NCBI RefSeq assembly: GCF_037042905.1
Contig: NC_087251.1
Location: forward strand, 35,962,001-36,026,000
Origin: Lytechinus pictus
Taxonomy: Eukaryota
Reading direction: 5' to 3'
DNA length: 64,000 bases
Made by a program: the position numbers and the translations under genes. This document shows positions 49,449-60,413 of the stretch, in pieces; the stretch's first letter is position 1; each line of letters opens with the position of its first letter. The notes below the pieces were generated by a model, which saw only the letters and a program-made list of their open reading frames with translations, had not been told where the DNA came from and did no database searches.

Positions 49449-50599
49449 GTAAAACCTTCAGCATATATATGTTATATTGGATAGCTCAGAATACAGAGAT
49501 TCTAACAATTTGTTAAACAATATTTTATTGTTTTTTTTTTAATAAAGATATTGCAGGTTTTATGTGAAAAAAACCCTTTTCACCTCAAAATCTTGTCATA
49601 CACAGGTCTATTGGAGAAAGGTGAGAATAATCTTTTTACACCAAAAAGCTTTTTTTTTTTCATCCCTCAGAATATTGCAATTTGCTAAGGGGTTGGCATC
49701 CCTGAGAATGGAATACGGGAATATCCAACAATTAGTGCAATATTGGCCCTAGCAAGTGGAATATATCTGGTATCCCATGAAGAAAAGACATCCAATATAA
49801 TTACTGTATTCTTTAATATTCATTATACATTACACATGCAATACTATAGGATATTGCTCTGCAAGTTTTGTACATAAGCCTATTAGATTTCAGCACATCG
49901 TGCAGTATGCTTTGATATTGAACAGGCTAATCATTCATACCTTAATATGTGTTTTCAATTCTCTGCCAAAATGCCCTATATAGATTATAATGCTATGTAC
50001 AGCATGATTATAAAAAAAGTAAATGAGAATGAATGGAGCTAGCTAGTCATGAATTTATATATTCTTTAATTCATGATTTACCTGTACTTAATTCATTTCT
50101 GAGGCAATATTCTGCTTTATGAAAAGTGCCTCTGCACTTGTCTAGTTCTTTTGATCCACTGCATGGATTTCTATACAGTTGAGATTGATTGGATCAATCA
50201 TAACTCTTTGTAAGACTGTGCCCAGTTGTTGATTTTTTTACGCATAAAACTATATGAGTTTATAAAAATGATGTATCTTTTTAATACCACATATTTCCCT
50301 ATATGCAATCATGGGTCAGATAGAGGTAATGATATAACAAGCATTTACATGTAATTTGCTATTGTACAGAGACAAAACTACATTACCATTCTGTTAATAT
50401 GAGAAAAAAAATGCATTGTACATATGTGGGTATTATGAAAACAATTCAACTACATTCCCCCCCCCCCTCCAATGATATTGTTGTTAAGCAGTATTAAATC
50501 AAATAAAATCAATTACAATGACCAAAATACAGTAATTATTAATGTCATTGAATTTTTTTTCTCATTTTTAAGTCCAGTACATTGTTCAGAGTGTTCAGA

Positions 50600-51235
50600 G
50601 TTTTTTAAAGTTCCTGACTGATGTATTCTCTTTCATTTTTCATCAGTCCCTTTTAATAGTACTATGACCCTTCCATCAGTATGCCATTCTGCGACTATTT
50701 TCTCTATAAGCAGTGCACTTCTCCATAATAAACTTCTATTGCTGGCGGTTAGGTCCTCTTCTATTCCCTTAGGAGTACCTCTTAGTAGTTTGCCTTTTAA
50801 GAAGATGGACTGTCTCTTGTGGTATGATGTAAAATTTCACAAAGATTGGTTGTGGTGAAGTGGATTCTCCTGGCGACCTTCAGGGCTTGCGGGGTCCAAT
50901 TAGATCCGATCGATCTATTGTATCCTGACTTATCTGTAGACCAAGTTTATCCTGTGCAAGATTGATCATCATCTAATCAGTATTTTCATTTGTTTTCTCG
51001 GGAATCCTATATACTTGCACTCAACCGTGAGAATATTGCGCAGCAGAGTTCATATCCCGTTGAAGTATTTCTATTTCCTCTCTTAAGTTACCTTCATATT
51101 TCGCTTGAATCGACGGTAACATGAGGTCTTGAGACTGGAGTCTAGATTCTAGATCCATGACTTTGCTCTCTACCTTTTCTAGGCAATCACACAATTTCTG
51201 CATCTCTTTAATAACGTCAGTTTATGAATACTGGA
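50600..51235 (-). mobile_element. Degenerate ORF1p (L1/Transposase_22-like coiled coil + RRM) of a non-LTR retrotransposon
   Basis: Across frameshifts the minus strand reads KVMDLESRL...AAQYS...IGFPEKTNENTD...IDRS..IG...QPIFVKF...LRGTPKGIEEDLTASNRSLL...WHTDGRV. Confidence 0.8.
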
Positions 51236-51283
51236 ATAGGTCCTTAAATTCTCCATGATTATAATTATTTTGTTGCTTTTCAG

Positions 51284-51478
51284 CCTTGCCCTGAAACAGT
51301 GCCATACTCCACGGCCGTCCAGAACCAACGGATACTGCTCAGCTCCACAGAGAGCAAGGAGGGTCTCGCCCAGCAGGTGGCCTCCTCCAGCTCCAGGATA
51401 GCCCGGCTGGAGCAGGAGAAGGAGCATTGGGTCCTGGAGGCTCAGCTCCTGCAGATCAAATATGATAGGGAGATACAG
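51284..51478 (+). CDS. PPP1R21: PPP1R21 exon 14 (PCPETVPY...LLSSTESKEGLAQQV...LEQEKEHWVLEAQL...DREIQ)
   Basis: TTTCAG/GTATGT boundaries; signature LLSSTESxEGLAQQV and LEQEKEHWxLEAQL. Confidence 0.96.
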
Positions 51479-51625
51479 GTATGTGATCGAATGGTGTTGC
51501 TTCCCCATCAGGTTTGAGGTGTTCTGTAAATAGTTTGTATTCATACTGTACCTCTCAGAGGTGAAGTAAACCCTTAACCACTGCGGTCTCTTATTTAAAA
51601 GTCACTGTGTTCTTTTAACCCTTTA

Positions 51626-53062
51626 ATGCCACCACATACCTTACGATTGGTCCGCAACCAGATTTTTGTCTTGCCTGCATAGCAGAGCGAGACTTATAGG
51701 CGCCACTTTTCTGACAGCGTCGGCGGCGTCGTCAACATTGAAATCTTAACCAAGGTTAAGTTTTTGAAATGTCATCATAACTTAGAAAGTATATGGACCT
51801 AGTTCATGAAATTTGGACATAAGGGTAATCAAGTATTACTGAACATCCTGCCTGAGATTTGGGTCACATGACCAAGGTCAAAGGTCATTTAGGGTCAATG
51901 AACTTAGACCATGTTGGGGGAATCAATATCAAAATCTTAACTAAGGTTAAGTTTTTGAAATGTTGTCATAACTTCGAAAGTATATGGACCTAGTTCATAA
52001 AACGTAGACATAAGTGTAATAGTGTATCACTGAAGATTCTGCCAGAGTTTCAGGTCACATGATTAAGGTCAAAGGTCATTTACGGTCAAGGAACTTTGGC
52101 CATGTTAGGGTTATTTGAGGAATTGTCATCATAACTTTAAAAGTTTATGGATGTAGTTCATGAAACTTGGACATAAGAGCAATCAAGTATCCTTGAACAT
52201 CCTGTGCGAGTTTCAGGTCACATGAACAAGGCCAAAGGTAATTTAGTGTCAACAAACTTTGGTAATGCTGGGGCTATTTGTGGAATTGTCATTATAACTT
52301 TAAAAGTCTATGGATCTAGTTCATGAAACTTGGACATAAGAGCAGCAGTGTATCCCTGAATACCCTGTATGCATTTCAGGATCGTGGCCAAGATCAAAGG
52401 TCATTTAAAGGTCAATGAACTCTGGCCGTGTTGGGAGTACAGGTATGTGTTGAATTGGCATCATAACTAAGGAAGTTTATGGATCTAGCTCATGAAACAT
52501 CGACATAAAGATAATCAAGTATGAATGATTGTTTTGCACATGTCTTAGGTCACATGATCATGGTCAAAGGTAATTTTGGGTCAATGGGCATAATATTTTG
52601 ATATCATATTAGTGTTTTCTTCTGTGAATAATATTCATTAGCTATTTTCAAAGGAAGCACTGCTGCTATATCGCATTGCGTAATGCAGGCGAGACTGCCA
52701 GAGGCGTTTCACTTGTTGATAAAAATCATAACATTTGATACACATATTGATACATGGAACATCGTACTGTTGAAGGATCTAAATCATCGATTGAATACTT
52801 CTATATCAAATCTGTGACTGTCAACAAATTCATCATCTAATCTTTATGACATCATGACAGTTGTATGGTCAACTATGATTTGAATGCAATATGGCCTTGA
52901 CTCGAAAATAAAGGCTTTGCAACTCTCCAAAATTTGATATTAGTATTTTTACATTTTTAACCTCAAACAAAATGAGTGTTCATTTATACTTTCAGAAAAT
53001 ATGCAAATTGAGATTTCTTCTGAAATTGGATCTTAGATCAGTCGTAAGGTGTGTGGTGGCCT
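51626..53062. mobile_element. Harbinger-like MITE hosting the 51663 insertion
   Basis: TIR ATGCCACCACATACCTTACGATTGGTC / GATCAGTCGTAAGGTGTGTGGTGGCCT with TTA/TAA flanks. Confidence 0.75.
51663..52717 (+). mobile_element. Helentron-associated non-autonomous element (HINE/DINE-1-like) with 5 internal tandem units of ~160-190 bp
   Basis: T-run insertion site, subterminal IR GTCTTGCCTGCAT / ATGCAGGCGAGAC, (GGC/GTC)n microsatellite, tandem units with AGGTCAAAGGTCA, and 3' end CACTTGTT. Confidence 0.8.
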
Positions 53063-54452
53063 TAAGTCAATTACATGAAACAACCATGCACCAATATAGA
53101 GCTACAAATATTAAACCAAGATATGTAGATGCTTGTAAATGGTACAAAACCATAATTTGCTTTTTAAAGCAGTTGCTGGCAGAAATTCTAGAACAGCTTC
53201 TCTGTTTCTTCAAATGCAAGTCTTTACTATGGTATTACATGAAGATTTATTTTGAACAGCTTGTACTCACTGATTCAAAATGTAATTTTACCATGTTTTG
53301 TAGAAAGAAAAGTAAAAGTATTCTAGCTCATACTTTAAGTAAAAGATGGGGGACATAATATTTATCACATTCATTCAAATCCTTTTCTTCAAGTATAATA
53401 TTATACACTCTGCTATGAAAAAAAGCTTTGTTTGTCTGGTTGTTAAGCTCATTTTATTTGCTGCTACTGTGCACATTCTTGTCTCAAAGCAATGCTAAAA
53501 TCTACTTTCATTTTCAAAGCAAATATTAAAAAAAAAAAAAAAAAGAAGATCAGTCTTCTAATTGAGGAATGTTTTAAAATGAATGCAAACTTTCTAGATC
53601 ATCAGCAAAAATCATGTGAACACTTTATTTTCTTGCAACTGTAGACGAATATTTCTAAATTCACTTTTACTCATTACTGCTGATTTTGAAATATGATCTA
53701 GTACTTAGATTGCATGCATGGACTGTAGATATACCCAATCCCGTTTCTCCTTTGTAAAAGGGCAATTTCACGTGAGAAAATGATCATAATTATTTCTTCA
53801 TATTCATAATAAAAGCAATGATAATCACATTGATAGTCCTAAATACGCAAATTCCTGAATGAAACGTAGCTCCCACAATCAGCTCCTATAACATAATTGA
53901 TAATGGAATTGCATCAATTGCCTGTATAGAATTGCCCCACAGCATGAGATTGTGTCTGACAATTAACACCTTGTTATGATAGCAACAACAAGGAAACCAA
54001 CTGTTAACAAGATTGTAGTTTTAGAAGAGAGTAATATGTTTCAATTTCCATGTTTCCAGTTTTTATTCATTGATCTCTTTTGTTTTACAACCCCCCCCCC
54101 CCCCTTTTCTTGGGGGTCTAGTGGAAATTAGACCAACTGGGCCTTGGACTAGATGAGAATTAGACTAAATGGGTATTTTAACAGTGAAATGTAGACCAAG
54201 TGGAAATTAGACCAATTGATAGTAGACCAAATGGGATAAGCCCATATGGTATTACCCTATCTGAGAAGTAGATTAACTACTTGTAGAACATGTGAATATA
54301 TACCCCATACACCATCACTTCATAGTAATATTAAAGATATGATGAAAAATAGATTTTCAGACTTCATCCTCAACTTCTTGAAAAAAGATCTTTTAGTATT
54401 AAACAAAATGTAAAATATTGTGAGAATGTTCTCCTTGCTTCCTTTTCCTTAG

Positions 54453-54473
54453 CAAAAAGAAGAAAATGGTGAG
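54453..54473 (+). CDS. PPP1R21: Candidate 21-nt alternative microexon of PPP1R21 (QKEENGE)
   Basis: CTCCTTGCTTCCTTTTCCTTAG|CAAAAAGAAGAAAATGGTGAG|GTAAGA; phase 0-0 in a phase-0 intron. Confidence 0.5.
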
Positions 54474-54907
54474 GTAAGATATGCATGTGGAATGTGCGCT
54501 CTTTGTACATTGCATACATGCCTGGTGCTTCTATGGATAACGTCATATGATAATGACTGTTGTGTATGTAGTAATCTCGAGGTACTTTTAAGCTCAATTC
54601 CAGTTGTGGTAGGATAGGCCAGACCTATATGGGGGAATTTTAAGTTGTAGGAGCATTTCTATTTTGCAGAATCCACGACAGTGAAAGTGAATATTAGAAA
54701 ATTGTTTTGTAGAAATAAACTTTAAAATGGTCAATAATGGCAGCCAATTGTTTATGCAAATTAGGTGGTCAAAGCATGAGAAATAGGCTTGGGAAAAATT
54801 CTATTCAGAATGAACAAATTGAAATTATGTGAAATTGACCAGTAGTTCCAAAAAAAAACTCTCGAACTTCTTTCAGACACCTTTTTCCAAACTGACTCCA
54901 GTCAAGT

Positions 54908-55376
54908 ATAGTGAGTGATTGTATTACCGACTGGCCTTGTATTATCGAAGGCGCGCATCGTACGCGTCAGAAAATAATTTCAAAACCTTGCACATTCTTC
55001 CAAATGGAACTTGAATAGAAAGATGATGTAAAATGGTCAAAAACACATTTTCAAAGTCTCAATATTCTAAAAATGATAAAATTTGGTCAAAATAGCTCAT
55101 CAGTGATTTTGTTGTTTTCTCAACTTTTTTGTAGAAAACACACGTTCGGAAATACAATACCTTTTTCAAGTGACCAAAATATTTCACATGCGAAGAGGGG
55201 TCCGATTGGAAGCTAATGTCGTAAAAAAAATAAACGAATTTGGCAAAATTTTTACATATTTATATTTTATAGGTAATTGTGTATTTATAGTGAAAGTTTG
55301 GTGAATTTTATGAGAATAATGTATTATATAGGATTGAATTCATGAAAAGTGTTCGGTAATACGATCCACTACCATA
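54908..55376. mobile_element. MITE with ~24-bp TIR and TA flanks
   Basis: TATAGTGAGTGATTGTATTACCGA / TCGGTAATACGATCCACTACCATA. Confidence 0.6.
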
Positions 55377-56530
55377 CTTGAAAGCAATTCATGAGTTTCA
55401 TGCTTTAACTAGAGGGTTGCATGACAAAAGTGAAACCTATGAGCCAATGCAGGAAACCAACATTCAATTGCTAATTAAGCGTAAATGTACAAAACTTAAG
55501 CATAAGGAGATGTTGCAAGAATGTTGAGTTGCAATTGAATGAAAATAAACTACAAATTTGCCTTGAACCAGTTGACTTGTACTTTATTTACCAAGGGACT
55601 TTGCTTGATGCAGTGCGGCACACCAGATATGATATTTCCTTATTGAGATGAATATGAAACAAACAGACAATATTTGCCGATTGTATAATAATTTTGACTG
55701 AAGGACAATTCCCTTCTATCAATTTTCTCAGCCTACACACACACACATGCAAAATCAGTGAGATCTCAGTTTACATGAGAGATGGTCGGTGCTGTTTACT
55801 GCTTAGTAGGTATCCCTGAATTGAAATTGAAATCAAAATCGAATCAAAATTTGAATCGGATTCAGAATTGGAATTGAAATTGAAATCATGAGAGAAATGT
55901 CAGTCAATCTCACACATGTGTTTAGTATTCAAAGGTGAACCATTCAGATTATATTTCATCAATAGGTTAACATTCTCTTCGCTACCACAATTGGAATTGA
56001 GCCGTACTATTGACCTTTTTTGTTAATTTTTTTACTAACAATATAATTTGCACTCTCAACTATTATCCTCAGCATTCCTCAAATGTCTTTTTAATATTTG
56101 ATTCATTAGTTCTACAATGATATCTTGCTTTTACAAGGACTCTTGCATGGCAAGAATATGGCGATATATTAACACCCTTGCATCTTGCCTATTCTGTGCT
56201 GGAAAACACTTTCCCTTTTCACCTAGTGTTTTTCCAATTGTACATCTTCCTATGCTTAGTTGTTGTATATTTCTTTCCAAATTCCCCTTTTTTACAAGTA
56301 CTCTCTGCATTTAATGCTTATAAATTATTATAATTTGTATCCCCATTTATCTGCTAATTTAGTTCATCTGTTTAAAATCATGTATTCTCTCTATTGATCC
56401 TTCCTCCCCCCTTTTTTTTATTATCCTTTTCTCTTAGTACCTATTGTCCCTTCTGCCTCTTTTCTCCTTCACTTTCCCCAATTTTATCTTTCCAGTCTCT
56501 TCTACCATTTAAAGTTAATTTGCTAATTTG

Positions 56531-58713
56531 CAGGGTTGGCGCGTTTTAAACGGTGTGTTTTAAAACATGTTTTAAAACGCGTTTTAAAACACCCGTTTTT
56601 TTTACAAAAAAAACGTGTTTTAAAACGCCGCATAGACTTGTGTGTTATAAATTTGCATGGAGGTGATTTTAGATGAATGTTTTTTTTTTACACTGTTATT
56701 TCTAAAGTGGTGTATTATTTTCTTCTAACTATAAACTAAAACTCTTTTTCAACACCACTTCTTTTCTCCTCTTTCTCTTTCCCCCTTTATTCTTTCTTTC
56801 TCCATTGCTTTGTCATGTTCCTCTTCTCCCTGTTCAATTATGCACATCAATCCATATTAAGAATATTCTCATTTTAACAAACATATCTGAGTGTTTTGCT
56901 CACTTTTTGGACAGGTAAAGAAACACTATTAAAATAAGCTAAAATACATGTACATGTAATTGAAGTACTTGAATGAAATGGAAGTGTTGCACAAGCACAA
57001 TAATATTTTACTAATTTTGTAAACCTGACATCATACTCTTGAGGTACACACAAAACTTGGTGAAACTTTGCGCTTCATAAAGATGAAGTAATAAACAGTA
57101 TAAGATAATCAGCTAGCATACCTTAACTCTAACAATTCCAGGGGACCTTAATGGCCCCCTAAAAATTTCTAAGATAAATCCATATACACGACAGGGCCAC
57201 GCCATATCGTTCAAGACTATTTTTGGGGATGCATGCATGGGTATGCAGTTATGATATACACCACAAGTGCATATTATCAGATCCCGAATTGCTTAAAAAC
57301 GTGATTTTATGTATAAACCCAATGTGAGTTCTTGCCAAAATTTGTATCTGTATCATTATTTTTACTTATTGTTAATGATTGGAAAATTGCCAAAAATTTA
57401 TATTAGTAATAAAAAAGATTTAAAAATCTGTACATAAGAAATATAAAAAAGTAAAAAAAAAACATTAAATAGACTGGGCTATTTCGTTTCCTAAGAAGAC
57501 TAAGGGCGGGGGGCCCCTTATGATCTGGGCCGTCGATCGCGGGATCACAACGAAAATTGGCTCACGCATTACCCATGGCATAATCTAAAAAACTATAAAT
57601 CAAATTTTGCATAAATCTCCGATTGCTAATTTATGCGTAAAATCAAGTTTGCTCTAATTAGTTAAAAAATGCCCCTGAAATTATCATTTTTGGTTCACAG
57701 ACTCTTTATAGGATTCTGATGAAAATGTTCTTTAAAAAAATTTCAACATCACATTTATTTTATTGTTTTTTCAATGGAAATAGTCAGGGACTATATTTTG
57801 ACCACAAACAAGGTGAAATTAATTGATTTTAATCAGTAAAAGGAAAAATAATGGCACATTTATGAATTATATTTGTATTTCATTTGTATACAAATTCACA
57901 TTTTTTGGAGCAATTTTGGGTCTGCATGCACTTACAAAATGTTGCATAATTTCGGAACCGCATACCAGGGGGTCGCAATTTATTTTGGTCTCAAAAGTTG
58001 CGTGAGACTCGAAAAAGGAAAGTCTGTGACGCGGTAAAAAAAATTCGCAGTGGATTTATCGTAAAAAATGACGAGGTCAGGCCCCCCCCCCCCAGTCTTA
58101 TTAGGGTTAAAAAACATTCTATAGGCCTACTGATTGTTTTTTTAATATAAATTTGATCAGAATTCCTGAATTGAAAAAATAAGTAGTTCAAGGGCTTTAT
58201 TTATAGATTTGAATTGAATTTGTATTTCATGCACTAAAATTGGTATAATTGATTCAAATGAAATAAAGCATATTGATTTACCAGTAATGAAATTAAGCTT
58301 TGAAACCCCATGTACGTAAATTTATTCCATTGTGCAAATTCTCCTTGCCCCCCCCCCCTCGATTGACAAGACTCAGTATACCTCGGGGCGACATGTATAT
58401 GTTCATGGATTAGGAATAAAATGTCAAATTACTGTGTTCTTTTTTTGTAGGCATTCAATTTCCATGATTTAGTAATTTTGGGGGAAATATGAACTTTTCT
58501 GTTGGAAATTCATTAACAAAATTGTGGTCATCTCTTATTTAAAACATCAAGAGCTTAAATCATACTGTATTTAGTGTATAGTTTAATTGATTTACAGAAA
58601 ATTGCATCATTCGTTGGAAAAAAAACGTTTTTAAACGATTTAAAACGTTTTAAAACAATAAAAAACGTTTTATTTGTTTTTTTTAATAAAAAACGTTTTT
58701 TATTACAACCCTG
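56531..58713. mobile_element. Non-autonomous hAT element with 8-bp TSD, containing nested piggyBac-like MITE remnants
   Basis: CTAATTTG|CAGGGTTG ... CAACCCTG|CTAATTTG; subterminal GTTTTAAAAC repeats; internal element ~57465-58110 ending CCAGTCTTATTAGGG|TTAA. Confidence 0.88.
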
Positions 58714-59732
58714 CTAATTTGTACCTTCCATTTCATTCCTTTCTGTGTCCTTAATAATCAATTTTGTACATAATTTTGTTTGGATCAGATCATTTGGTGT
58801 ACTGACCAAAATTTTTACAGCAATTATAAAATTAAAATTATATTAATTTCAAAATCAGACCCCAAATTTAGATATTTTCTGGCTCCAAAAACAAATAAGT
58901 TTTCAACAATAGCAGCCCTCTTCCATATACCATATTTTGTGTAAGGCCCTCATTTTTCTCAGCATTTATCATTTATATCCTTGTATAAAATGGAGTGCCC
59001 TTTCCCCTCCATTTTTGTAAGCATTTTTTGTTAATATCTAGCTACCTTGACTGTATAAATGCTGTCTTGTTGTATTTCTTTAGACTGGGAGTGATACTGC
59101 ACTAAATATATTCCAGACTAAACTGAATGGAATCTTTATTCAATCATCTTTTCAATTATAACAGGCATTTGGTTACGTAATGTTTGTTGTTTTTAATGCT
59201 CTGGGGATACTTATTTCTTCCATTTTAACAATGAATTTTCTACCTATAAGTGAAGTGTAATATATAGTATAAAAGAGAAATCTCTTTTATAGTGCTTTTT
59301 GTAAATTGGGTTGTATTTTCCTGCGATTTTATAAAGATGGTGATGATGAGAAACATTTTAAACCTAATATTGTCAGGATGAAATCAGTAGCATTACTCTT
59401 CTTGTCTTAGTGTCATAAAAATGCATCATTACTGCATAAAAATAAAATTGCTTGTCAACTGATTTTGACAAAAGACTAGAGTTCATTCTGTGACTCCCAG
59501 TAATGATTCAGTCGGATTTAATTGAATGACAATAAATTCAAATATATGATTACTTTTGCGTGTGTTTCATAAATGTTGGAGATTTATCTATCATGGACAA
59601 ATTTTCACTGTAGCCATATGAATTTTGTCTGTGTTTATTGATCCTTTTCTCTGTTTCATTAAATTTCTTTGTAAAGTCTTCATATTTCTTCGCATTTTTG
59701 TCAAATCTTTAACCATCTTTCTGTCTCTCTAG

Positions 59733-59864
59733 AAATCTACTGAATTGGAAGGAGCCCTCAAAGGCCAGGGAGGACCAACCATCAGACAGTCACTTTCTCA
59801 AGATAAGATTCCGCCCTCAACGTCAGCTTCCAAACCAAATGACATTGTCCAAGATACTTCCATG
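59733..59864 (+). CDS. PPP1R21: PPP1R21 exon 15 (KSTELEGALK...VQDTSM)
   Basis: Strong polypyrimidine+TAG acceptor and GTATGT donor; phase 0-0; poorly conserved linker. Confidence 0.85.
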
Positions 59865-60413
59865 GTATGTATATATGCATAGTTGGTCCATGATAAATGT
59901 AACAGACATTTACCTTGTAGTTTTAAATGTTCTGATGTTGTCATTATTATTGTTGGATTTAGAAATACATAGATACTTGTATGTAAGGGAGAACCACAAA
60001 ATATTTGAACTGAAGATGAGGAAGAAGTACAGTTATGCATCAATCAATGGCAGAAGAAATAATTTCACAGGAACAAACCCAGCAGATCGATGTAAAATAA
60101 TTGGGACTCCGCTTGATGAAGTTTGGTAGTTCATTTGTTTATTATAAAAAAAGGCTACTCTGCCACATTTAGCATAACTGCAAGTCTACAGCATACCCTT
60201 TATAAAGAGTTACAATCAATTATAAATATCAAGCATATCTCTTTATGTTTGGGGTCAAATATGAAAGAGAAAGGCTTGATATTTATAATTGACTGTAACT
60301 TTTTATATAGGGTATGCAGTAGACTTGCAGTTATGCTTAATTGTACAATTGGTTGTGTCTTTTATGTATCAGAGCACAGAAGTGCTCTGATATAAATACC
60401 AAAATTGTATTAA

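Noticed and set aside
51776..52570. CRISPR-like or regularly spaced array
   Set aside because: Whole units are homologous with no unique spacers; eukaryotic TE-internal satellite.
55732..55809. 78-nt cassette exon in PPP1R21 intron 14
   Set aside because: In-frame TGA after 9 codons, weak GTATCC donor, CA microsatellite content; a poison-exon role cannot be supported.
59165..59176. 12-nt in-frame microexon (AFGY)
   Set aside because: Weak C|GTAATG donor, interrupted pyrimidine tract and no nearby UGC/UGCAUG; far weaker than the 54453 candidate.
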